DNA of 64,000 nucleotides from assembly GCA_003554615.1 (NCBI GenBank), contig PWGX01000053.1:113-64112 (forward strand), written 5' to 3'. Below are positions 10,559 through 18,580 of this stretch, piece by piece (positions within the stretch are counted from its first letter, which is position 1; each line of letters begins with the position of its first letter). Both the position numbers and the translations under genes were made by a program. Under the pieces are notes generated by a model that was not told the origin of the DNA, ran no database searches, and saw only the letters and a list, made by a program, of their open reading frames with translations. The DNA is from Syntrophomonadaceae bacterium. Lineage in GTDB: Bacteria; Bacillota; Dethiobacteria; DTU022.

Positions 10559-10732
10559 ATTTTTAATCCCCCGTTTAACACCAGGTTAATTCTATTTGAT
10601 CAGGCTAAAACCAGATAAACTCAATTATAAGCGGAGACGATTCAGGATGTTTATTTTACTTGGCATAAAGCAATGATGGGGCTGATCAGAATAAATTGTC
10701 AAAAAGTTTTAACACCCCGACCCCTGGCGCAG

Positions 10733-12073
10733 TTATGATTGCTCTTCGGCAATAATATCAGCCAGGGAATGAGCATATTCTTTAAGCTTATCTTCGGAAA
10801 GAGAAGCTTCCAGCATAACCCTAAATTTTGCCTCAGTGCCGGAAGGACGGACCAGGATACGACCGCGTTTGCCCAGATCTTGCTCAATTTTATTTATAGC
10901 GTCAGTAATGCGCTTGTTTTCGTCCCAGCCTTCTTTTGTTTTTACTTTCTTATTGACTAGAACCTGGGGCAGACGTTCCAGGTGGGAAGCAAGTTCTGAG
11001 AGAGGCTGCTGTTTTTCCTGGACTACATTAAGCAGTTTTAAGGCGGTTAGCAAGCCGTCGCCGGTCGTGGCGTGATCAGAAAAAATAATATGCCCGGACT
11101 GTTCTCCGCCGAGGTTATAACCGTCCTCGATCATTTTTTCCAATACGTAGCGATCTCCCACCTTGGTGCGGACCACTTTTAAGCCGTGTTTTTCAGCTAA
11201 TATATCAAGCCCGCCGTTACTCATAACAGTGGCTACCAGGGGGTTATGTTTGAGCTTGTTTTTTTCCGCCAGGTCAACCGCGCAGATGGCCATAATGGCA
11301 TCTCCATCAACAATTTCACCATTCGCATCGACGGCAATCAGGCGGTCGGCGTCGCCGTCAAAGGCCAGCCCCAGGGAAGCGCCGACAGCAACCACTTCAC
11401 TCTGCAGATCGGCGGTATCAGTAGCCCCGCAATCAACGTTGATCCTGTTTCCATCAGGTTCATCGTGAATCATTTTCACCTTCGCGCCGAGCTGCAGCAG
11501 CAGCTCTCCGGCCACCCTGCAGGCAGCCCCGTGAGCGCAGTCAACTACAAGAGATAACCCTTCCAGGGAAGAAGAGTTGTTTTTCAAATGTTCCAGGTAT
11601 CTCTGGGCGGCTTCACCGTCATGAATAGCTTGTCCCAGTTCGGAGCCTTCAGGACGGGGTATTTCATCTGTTTCCTGCCGGTAATATTTTTCGATTTCTT
11701 CTTCCAGGGAATCGGGCAGTTTAAACCCGGTGCTGTAAAATATTTTTAAGCCGTTATCTTCAATTGGGTTGTGAGATGCAGAGATAACAACCCCGGCTGA
11801 AGCATTTAAATACCTGGTCAGGTAGGCGACAGCCGGTGTCGATATAACTCCCAGCAGGCGAACTCCCCCTCCTACAGAATTAATACCCGCCGTAAGGGAC
11901 CCTTCCAACATGGTCCCAGAAAGGCGGGTATCTCGGCCGATCACGAACAGGGGGTATTCAGTGTCACGGCCCAACATCCAGGCCGCAATCCTTCCAATTT
12001 TATAAGCAAGTTCAGGGGTTAAATCTCGGTTAGCCACACCCCTGATTCCGTCAGTACCAAATAGTTTTTCCAA
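10733..12073 (-). CDS. glmM: Phosphoglucosamine mutase
   Basis: LFGTDGIRG start, the SASHNP phosphoserine loop and the GEQSGH motif. TTG start 7 nt after GGAGG. Confidence 0.96.
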   Translation of the reverse strand: MEKLFGTDGIRGVANRDLTPELAYKIGRIAAWMLGRDTEYPLFVIGRDTRLSGTMLEGSLTAGINSVGGGVRLLGVISTPAVAYLTRYLNASAGVVISASHNPIEDNGLKIFYSTGFKLPDSLEEEIEKYYRQETDEIPRPEGSELGQAIHDGEAAQRYLEHLKNNSSSLEGLSLVVDCAHGAACRVAGELLLQLGAKVKMIHDEPDGNRINVDCGATDTADLQSEVVAVGASLGLAFDGDADRLIAVDANGEIVDGDAIMAICAVDLAEKNKLKHNPLVATVMSNGGLDILAEKHGLKVVRTKVGDRYVLEKMIEDGYNLGGEQSGHIIFSDHATTGDGLLTALKLLNVVQEKQQPLSELASHLERLPQVLVNKKVKTKEGWDENKRITDAINKIEQDLGKRGRILVRPSGTEAKFRVMLEASLSEDKLKEYAHSLADIIAEEQS

Positions 12074-12156
12074 TAGCAGGCCTCCTCAGAAATTATTTAC
12101 ATTCTCTTTTACAGTTTTTTATAATAGGGCATATAAGCCCATATTGCAATAAAAAA

Positions 12157-12888
12157 TTACGCTTCCGGCTGTTCATCATTCTCTGTTTCTTCATCGTTTT
12201 CATCTTCTGGATCTTCTTCAGGCTCTTCTTCCCGTTCAAATTCTACCCTTACGGTGACAGTTTCAGGGTCGATAACCAGGTTGACCACCGGGGTCTCTTC
12301 TTCATCATAGGCAGTCAGTTCCGGCTCAACCCTCTCCACGTATTTCATCCCGGACAGGTCAATAATGGCCATGACCCGCTCCACCTGGGCAAATTTTGAT
12401 TCAGGGCCGCCAATCAAGACCTCTTCCGGTTCCACCGTATAACCAACCAGCTGCCAGCCATCGGCCGGTTCGCCGACAAAATCAATTTCCACCTGGAAAT
12501 TATCGGAGAGGTATTCTTCAATAACTACCCTAACCTGTTCCGGTTCATAAGAAACTACGCTCAGGCCGCGCGGCGAGCGGCTCTGGACCCGAACCAGTTG
12601 ACTTCCCGGTTCTTTTCCGGAAAGGTCGACAAAAGCATCGAGTTCCTGGAGGGTCAAATCCTCGAAATTTTCCGGCAGCCCTTCCAGGGTTAAATCAACT
12701 GAAGTAGGCATATCGGTAATCACATAATCCGGGTCCAGATTTTCCGCCCGCAGAGGTACGTCCTGCCAGGTCTGGCGGGCGGGGGTGGTCCGGGTAATTT
12801 TATCCCCGGTGACAAACAACCACAGGATCAAAGCCATGAAAATAGCCAGGATCCGGGCAAAGTTGTTGCTGCGCAAGAATTTTTCCAT
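12157..12888 (-). CDS. cdaR: YbbR-domain protein, CdaA regulator (CdaR) with acidic C-terminal tail
   Basis: N-terminal TM helix followed by YbbR-like repeats. It occupies the conserved position between cdaA and glmM and starts 2 nt after the cdaA stop. The tail reads EEPEEDPEDENDEETENDEQPEA. Confidence 0.8.
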   Translation of the reverse strand: MEKFLRSNNFARILAIFMALILWLFVTGDKITRTTPARQTWQDVPLRAENLDPDYVITDMPTSVDLTLEGLPENFEDLTLQELDAFVDLSGKEPGSQLVRVQSRSPRGLSVVSYEPEQVRVVIEEYLSDNFQVEIDFVGEPADGWQLVGYTVEPEEVLIGGPESKFAQVERVMAIIDLSGMKYVERVEPELTAYDEEETPVVNLVIDPETVTVRVEFEREEEPEEDPEDENDEETENDEQPEA

Positions 12889-12890
12889 AA

Positions 12891-13724
12891 TTATTTACCA
12901 TTCCTCCAGGACCATAGACTGAAGCTGTCACTACGCCCGGGCTTACACAAATCTGTCAAGATTCTGCGCAGTTTTTTCTCATCTAAGTAGCGGGTCAAAA
13001 CTCCGTCGTGGGCAACAGAAATGATGCCGGTTTCTTCAGAAATAGTAATTGCCACTGCGTCTGAATGCTCGGTAATACCAATTCCGGCCCGGTGCCTGGT
13101 GCCCAACTCTTTACTTAAACCCGGGTCTTCCGTCAGGGGCAGGTAGCAGCCTGCGGCAACAATCTGGTCACCGCGGATAATGACCGCACCATCGTGGAGG
13201 GGGCTGCGGGGGAAAAAAATGTTTACCAGCAGTTCAGCAGTTACTACTCCGTTTACTGCAATGCCAGTCTCCACCCATTCTTTCAAGCCGGTGGAACGTT
13301 CCATGACGATTAAGGCCCCGATCCGTTTTTTCACCAGGACGGGAATGGCCTTGGTCAACTCATCAAGCATTTTTTCAAAATCCTGGTGGCTCCAGCTCCA
13401 GTACGTGCTTTTAAATATTTTGCCCCGGCCAAGATGTTCCAGGGCCCGGCGCAGTTCGGGCTGAAAAACAATCGGTATGGCAATTAGGCCAACTGTCATT
13501 GTCTGGCGAAGAGTCCAGTTAAGGGCATCAAGGCCGGTCTGGTCGCTGATCACCATGGCTATAAGCAGGACGATCAGGCCCTTCACCAACTGCTCGGCCC
13601 TGGTCCCGCGGATAATTAAAATAATGCGGTAAAACAGGTAAGCCATGATAATAATATCAACTATATCGCGCCACTCAACATTAAGTTGAAGAATTGCTGC
13701 TATGATTCGATCCAGTATCGCCAC
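12891..13724 (-). CDS. cdaA: Diadenylate cyclase CdaA (DisA_N domain, membrane-anchored)
   Basis: Three N-terminal TM helices plus the DAC domain motifs GALIV, DGAVII and GTRHRAG. Conserved cdaA-cdaR-glmM order. Confidence 0.93.
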   Translation of the reverse strand: MAILDRIIAAILQLNVEWRDIVDIIIMAYLFYRIILIIRGTRAEQLVKGLIVLLIAMVISDQTGLDALNWTLRQTMTVGLIAIPIVFQPELRRALEHLGRGKIFKSTYWSWSHQDFEKMLDELTKAIPVLVKKRIGALIVMERSTGLKEWVETGIAVNGVVTAELLVNIFFPRSPLHDGAVIIRGDQIVAAGCYLPLTEDPGLSKELGTRHRAGIGITEHSDAVAITISEETGIISVAHDGVLTRYLDEKKLRRILTDLCKPGRSDSFSLWSWRNGK

Positions 13725-13885
13725 TTTGAGTTGATCCCTCTTTAAATAATCCAGGTAGGATAGAAGGTTATATTAGCTGCTGATAATAGCTGTTATATTC
13801 GATACCTTATCTGTAAATACCTGCACACTCCTGAACATATTATATTTAACCTCATTTTACCATCATGTGAATAGTTTTCCCAACA

Positions 13886-14902
13886 TTATTTATTTTCATT
13901 TTCAGGCAGGACAATATTAATCCAGTTTCCGCAGTTATTGCAGTGATTTCCATCCAGGCCGGTCAGCTGGGCCCGAAAACCGCTGCGGGAGATAAGCAGG
14001 TTGCCGCAGTGCGGGCAAATGGTATCAGATGCGCCCGGCAGGTCAATATTCCCCAGGAAAACATATCGCAAATACCGGCGCGCTATTTCCCTTGACTTCT
14101 CGAGCACCTCTACCGGTGTGGGAGGTTTGTCAAGTTTATACTGGGGAAAGTAGCGGGAATAGTGCAGGACTAAATCCGGGCTTAAATCACCAAGCCACCG
14201 GGCCAGGTTTTCCTGGTCGGCCGGGCTATCATTAACAGTGGGGATAAGCAGGCAGGTTACTTCAACATGGCATGCTTTAACCCCCGCTTCCACGGTTTCA
14301 ATTACCGGCCCTCTTTCACCCCGGCAGTATTCACCGTAAAAAGTGTCATTGAACGACTTGACATCAACATTCATGGCGTCAATATAGGGTAGCAGTTCTT
14401 CAAGCGGTTCCTGGTTAATATAGCCGTTGGTTACAAGGATATTCTTGTAACCGTGTTTATGAAGAAGACGGGCCGTGTCATAAACAAATTCATACCAGAT
14501 TAACGGCTCGTTATAGGTGTAAGCTACACCGGGGACACTGTCCGGCCCTCCCTCTTTTTTCAGCATGTCAAGTACATCGGAAGGACTGACCACTTTCGGA
14601 GCCTGCTCCGGTCGTCCCCGGGCCAGGGTCCAGTTCTGGCAAAACGAACAAAGCAGATTGCATCCAAAAGTGCCCAGCGATAGAATTAACTGGCCGGGAT
14701 AATAATGGTACAAAGGTTTCTTTTCGATGGGATCCCGGTTTACAGCCGCCAGGGCACCATAGTTAGTTGAGTACAATTCATCGTCCTTTACTTCCCGCAC
14801 TCCGCAGGTCCCGGCCTGCCCTTCTTCCAGAAGGCAGCCGCGGGGACAAAGCAAGCACTCAACTCTATCGTCTTTTTTTTGGTAAAACCTTGCTTTCTGC
14901 AA
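13886..14902 (-). CDS. Radical SAM enzyme of the AmmeMemoRadiSam type (PFL-activase-like)
   Basis: CNLLCSFCQNW is a CX3CX2C cluster. There is an N-terminal CLLCPRGC...GTCGVR auxiliary Cys motif and a C-terminal CPHC...CNNC ribbon. It lies downstream of an AMMECR1 gene. Confidence 0.85.
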   Translation of the reverse strand: MQKARFYQKKDDRVECLLCPRGCLLEEGQAGTCGVREVKDDELYSTNYGALAAVNRDPIEKKPLYHYYPGQLILSLGTFGCNLLCSFCQNWTLARGRPEQAPKVVSPSDVLDMLKKEGGPDSVPGVAYTYNEPLIWYEFVYDTARLLHKHGYKNILVTNGYINQEPLEELLPYIDAMNVDVKSFNDTFYGEYCRGERGPVIETVEAGVKACHVEVTCLLIPTVNDSPADQENLARWLGDLSPDLVLHYSRYFPQYKLDKPPTPVEVLEKSREIARRYLRYVFLGNIDLPGASDTICPHCGNLLISRSGFRAQLTGLDGNHCNNCGNWINIVLPENENK

Positions 14903-15017
14903 TTTATTTTTACTCCCTGTCCATCAGTTTTATCGAGCAATCATTGCCGCAGCCATACCCGAACTCGCAAAACCAACAGTTGCTGATCAACTGCCCGGTT
15001 ATAAACCCGTCCCCCCA

Positions 15018-15545
15018 CTATTCAGGATGTCGCGTCACCTTAAAACGATACAGCTCCGGTTTTTCACCCGGCGCTATACCCGCCTTGCGGCAGGCTATGT
15101 CAACCTGCTGTTCAACCGTATCGACCCCTTCCAGGTCCGGCAGTAACAATCCCGTACGTGGGCCTTTACGGACCATGATTCCGTAATCCCTGGGATCAAA
15201 CTCTTCCTCGCTGTCCACCTTTTCAATTCGTCCCAGTATATCAACCGAGAGATCCAGTTCCGGCAGCTCCCCCCTGGTCACCGGTGGAAAGCGGGGATCC
15301 CTTACGGCGGCGCTAACAACGTTAGCGGCAATTTCTTCGGCCAGGTTATCACGAACCGGTTCAAAAGTACCGATACAACCGCGAAGCTGACCGCTTTTTT
15401 TTAAGGAAACAAAAACTCCGGCCCTGGTTTCATATTCTGGCGGCAACGGCTCAGGCAGCCTGGGCATTCGGCCTTCCCTAAGGTAATACTCCAACACTTT
15501 ACGGGCCAGATCCGCCGGATGAAGGTTTGAGTCCTTTTCAGCCAT
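15018..15545 (-). CDS. AMMECR1 domain protein
   Basis: GVFVSLKKSGQLRGCIGTFEP contains the LRGCIG signature of AMMECR1. Length 175 aa. Confidence 0.88.
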   Translation of the reverse strand: MAEKDSNLHPADLARKVLEYYLREGRMPRLPEPLPPEYETRAGVFVSLKKSGQLRGCIGTFEPVRDNLAEEIAANVVSAAVRDPRFPPVTRGELPELDLSVDILGRIEKVDSEEEFDPRDYGIMVRKGPRTGLLLPDLEGVDTVEQQVDIACRKAGIAPGEKPELYRFKVTRHPE

Positions 15546-16395
15546 TAGCCAGGCCCCCTTCTCCGGAAGATGAACTTAGATCCTGCGGGTGCAGGGCGGC
15601 AACCATGTAGCCCACGCCAAAAGGGCCCTCATAAGAAAACAGCTCAGGATTAAAACCGGTCTTTTCAAGCACACCTAGGGCAATTGTAATCGGGCGAAGC
15701 CCACACTCTCCCGCTTCTTCAATTAGACGTTGATCTATGGCAAGAATTTCTTCGACCCGGCCTTCACTGATCAGGTTTACAAGCAGTTGATCAAACTCTT
15801 CGCCCCGGGGATTAAAACCGGCAGGCGCGCCTGGTTTTAATCGGTGGGACAAATCGCCGCTGGCTACCACAGCTGTGGAAGCGCCTCGTTTATCAATCGC
15901 TCTCCTCAGGACCTGCCCGAACTGGTATAGCTCGTGATAAGAATCAAAGCTGATCGTTATGTGTACACCCGGCACGGAAACACCCGCTTCCTGCAGGTAG
16001 TAAAGGGGTACCATAGCTCCGTGATCCAGAACCTTCCCGCCGGGAGAACGGTGATCCTGTTCACCAAGAAGAACCGGTTTTACCGGTGATTCCGATGCTT
16101 CCTCCACCAGCAGGTCGATCAATTCCCGATCTGTTTCCATTTCAACATTTATTCCCGGAAACCCAAACTGGCCAAAATCACCGGACAATTTTTCACCGGC
16201 CAAAACAGCCGCCCCCCTCCTCACCACCTGGCCGTGAGGTGTGATAACAACTAAAAGTTCCGGTTCCTTTTCTTTGATCTCCCTGCTTAATTGCTTCATC
16301 CCATCCACTGTTTTTTGAGCTTCCTGAAGCTGGCCCCGGCCAATTTCAGGAATAATTATTGGTGGATGTGGAGCAATACCTACCATTGAAAGCAT
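15538..16395 (-). CDS. Class III extradiol dioxygenase fold protein (LigB/Memo-like), partner of AMMECR1
   Basis: The motifs APHPPIIIPE, VITPHG, LDHGAMVPL and SGDLSHRL are spaced as in the LigB/YgiD family. Its 3' end overlaps the AMMECR1 start by 8 nt. Confidence 0.7.
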   Translation of the reverse strand: MLSMVGIAPHPPIIIPEIGRGQLQEAQKTVDGMKQLSREIKEKEPELLVVITPHGQVVRRGAAVLAGEKLSGDFGQFGFPGINVEMETDRELIDLLVEEASESPVKPVLLGEQDHRSPGGKVLDHGAMVPLYYLQEAGVSVPGVHITISFDSYHELYQFGQVLRRAIDKRGASTAVVASGDLSHRLKPGAPAGFNPRGEEFDQLLVNLISEGRVEEILAIDQRLIEEAGECGLRPITIALGVLEKTGFNPELFSYEGPFGVGYMVAALHPQDLSSSSGEGGLANG

Positions 16396-16742
16396 TGATT
16401 AAACACCCGCCTTTAAACCGGATATTCCTACTTAGAAGACTAACCGGCAGCCGTTTAAATATCGCCCCGGCCTGGTGACTCTTACTCGCCGATGCTTTTT
16501 GTTTCTTGTATTTAGTATACCAAATCCTAAAGCGGCGAACAATTGTTAGCCGCCTGATTATATCCCTGGTGGTGATTTATTTAAATTATTTTTTATTAAC
16601 TTGCAAGGATTCGCCTGACTTGACAGATTTATGCAAATACCATAACCTATGAATATATAACCGTTCGTAAAATATAATATAATCGGGCTGTTTATTTGAA
16701 TAATGCAGCATCTTAAACCTTACCACCGGGAGCAAACCCAAT

Positions 16743-17243
16743 ATGAGCGAAGAATACAGAGATATAGAAAAATTCACCTCTGCCATCCAGGCTATTTTTC
16801 CAAAACTGATGCATTACCTGAATGCCGAAGAAAGCCGTGAACTGACCGGCCTGGGTATAACCCCGAGCCAGATCAATGCCCTGCTCGTTCTTTATTTCCA
16901 AGACAGCCTGACTATGGGTGAATTAAGTTCTGAGATTTACCTTGCTGAAAGCGCAGCTACGCGACTGGTCAACCGCCTGGTCAACCTAAACCTGATCAAA
17001 CGCCGTGGAGATGATAATGACCGTCGAATAGTCCGGGTGGCTCTAACTTCTTATGGCCGCCAGCTTTCACGACTGGTATTTGAAAGGCGTTCTTTCCGCT
17101 TTAACAACCTGGCCCAGCGTCTTGATCCTTCCGAAAGAGAAACCCTGGTTGTCTCCCTTCAGGCAGTAATGCGCGTTTTTGAAGAACGGGAAGATAAAAC
17201 CCTGCCCAACGAACATGAAATTGATCCCCACTATAAGAAATAG
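16743..17243 (+). CDS. MarR family transcriptional regulator
   Basis: Winged-HTH pattern LTMGELSSEIYLAESAATRLVNRLVNLNLIKRRGDDNDRRIVRVALTSYG. Length 166 aa. Confidence 0.85.
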   Translation: MSEEYRDIEKFTSAIQAIFPKLMHYLNAEESRELTGLGITPSQINALLVLYFQDSLTMGELSSEIYLAESAATRLVNRLVNLNLIKRRGDDNDRRIVRVALTSYGRQLSRLVFERRSFRFNNLAQRLDPSERETLVVSLQAVMRVFEEREDKTLPNEHEIDPHYKK

Positions 17244-17268
17244 CCGTAGAGGAGGCGAGGAAGCATAG

Positions 17269-17844
17269 TTGTCATCACAGGCAGTACAAACCAAAAACCC
17301 GATCTCCCTGTGGACCATCCTGCTCACATTTCTTAAGGTGGGCGCTTTTACTTTTGGTGGCGGTTATGCGATTTTGCCGGTAATCCAGCGGATTGTGGTC
17401 GAAGAACGCAGGTGGGTCAGCCAGGGAGATTTTTCCGATATCCTGATCATAACCCAGGGTATGCCCGGGCAGCTCGCCTTGAACAGTTCCATCCAAATCG
17501 GAATCCGGTTGAGGGGAACTGCAGGCGGAGCAGTCGCCGCTCTCGGGGTTACCCTTCCTTCCGTGGCTATCCTGCTTGCTATAGCCGCCTATCTTTATCC
17601 TCTGGTCAGAGACAATATTTATGTCCAGGCTATTTTTTACGGGATCAGGCCGGCTGTCGTGGGCCTGATTGTTATAGCCGCTGTCAAAATGGGCCGCAAT
17701 ATTTTGCACGGATGGAAAGGTATTATCCTGTGTGTTCTGCTGCTGGCGGCAGCCGTTATTTCAGGAGCCCACCCTATCCTGATCCTGATTTCCGGCGGTT
17801 TAATCGGCCTGCTGGTCAATAAAAGGAAAGGGGAATCGACCTGA
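17269..17844 (+). CDS. Chromate transporter (CHR) family protein, short-chain half 1
   Basis: FLKVGAFTFGGGYAILPVIQ is the CHR domain signature. 191 aa; paired with a second half-gene 2 nt downstream. Confidence 0.85.
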   Translation: MSSQAVQTKNPISLWTILLTFLKVGAFTFGGGYAILPVIQRIVVEERRWVSQGDFSDILIITQGMPGQLALNSSIQIGIRLRGTAGGAVAALGVTLPSVAILLAIAAYLYPLVRDNIYVQAIFYGIRPAVVGLIVIAAVKMGRNILHGWKGIILCVLLLAAAVISGAHPILILISGGLIGLLVNKRKGEST

Positions 17845-17846
17845 TC

Positions 17847-18377
17847 ATGGAAGTAATTTTGCTGTCGTTGTACTGGTCTTTCTTTAAAGTGGGTTTTTTC
17901 ACCATCGGCGGCGGATATGCCATGATTCCCCTTATGGAAGCAGAGGTAATCAAAACCCACGGATGGCTTACTTCCTCTGAATTTCTAGATATTATAGCCG
18001 TGGCGGAAATGACCCCCGGGCCGATATCAATCAATGCCGCCACCTTTATCGGTTACACTACGGCCGGTTTGGCGGGATCATTGATCGCCTCCCTGGGTGT
18101 GATCTCTCCTTCACTGATCCTCCTTCTGCTGCTTTCGCGATTTCTGACCGGGTTGATCCAAACTCCCGGGGCTAAAAATTTCCTGATGGGCCTCCGCTCA
18201 GCGCTGATCGCCTTAATCCTGCTGGCTTCTTTTACACTTGGCCAAACGGCGATCACTGATTACTCCACGGCTCTTATTTTTGCCCTGATCCTGGCCGGCG
18301 GCCTGGCTACTAAATTTAACCCTCTTTATTTTATCGCCGCCGGGGCCGTCCTGGGGCTGCTGCTGTTCCCGTATTAA
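17847..18377 (+). CDS. Chromate transporter (CHR) family protein, short-chain half 2
   Basis: FFKVGFFTIGGGYAMIPLMEAEV is the CHR domain signature. Length 176 aa. Confidence 0.85.
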   Translation: MEVILLSLYWSFFKVGFFTIGGGYAMIPLMEAEVIKTHGWLTSSEFLDIIAVAEMTPGPISINAATFIGYTTAGLAGSLIASLGVISPSLILLLLLSRFLTGLIQTPGAKNFLMGLRSALIALILLASFTLGQTAITDYSTALIFALILAGGLATKFNPLYFIAAGAVLGLLLFPY

Positions 18378-18385
18378 GCAAGATA

Positions 18386-18394
18386 TGTTATAAT
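18386..18394 (+). promoter_or_regulatory. Candidate extended -10 promoter (TGtTATAAT) for the Moco leader
   Basis: TGTTATAAT at 18386-18394, about 20 nt upstream of the riboswitch-like element. The -35 element is poor. Confidence 0.4.
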
Positions 18395-18411
18395 TATCAT
18401 GATAAATTTAA

Positions 18412-18520
18412 TAAAAGACTCCGAGCCTGTTCACCTACAGCCGCTTGCGGTTATGGTGGAAGGCCTGGGTTGGGGGAGAAATCCCCCCGCCTCCCGTATT
18501 TGGAAAGGAGACTATGCCAA
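18412..18520 (+). promoter_or_regulatory. Molybdenum cofactor (Moco) riboswitch aptamer
   Basis: The ordered blocks CUCCGAGCC ... CUGGGU ... hairpin GGGGGA-GAAA-UCCCCC ... GCCUCCC ... GGAAAGGAG match my recollection of the Moco RNA motif core. It sits directly upstream of moeA. Confidence 0.75.
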
Positions 18521-18522
18521 AA

Positions 18523-18560
18523 AGGCCGCGGTTTCTTTTAAGAGGAGGCGCGGCTTATTT
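18523..18560 (+). terminator. Putative intrinsic terminator (riboswitch expression platform)
   Basis: GCCGCG (18525-30) pairs with CGCGGC (18549-54) and is followed by UUAUUUAGUU, 20 nt before the moeA ATG. Confidence 0.5.
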
Positions 18561-18580
18561 AGTTGAACCGAGGTGTTTAA

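Noticed and set aside
16586-16901. Two small minus-strand ORFs (66 and 62 aa) in and around the marR upstream region
   Set aside because: They lie in AT-rich promoter DNA and overlap the marR start in antisense. They have no RBS and an implausible composition.
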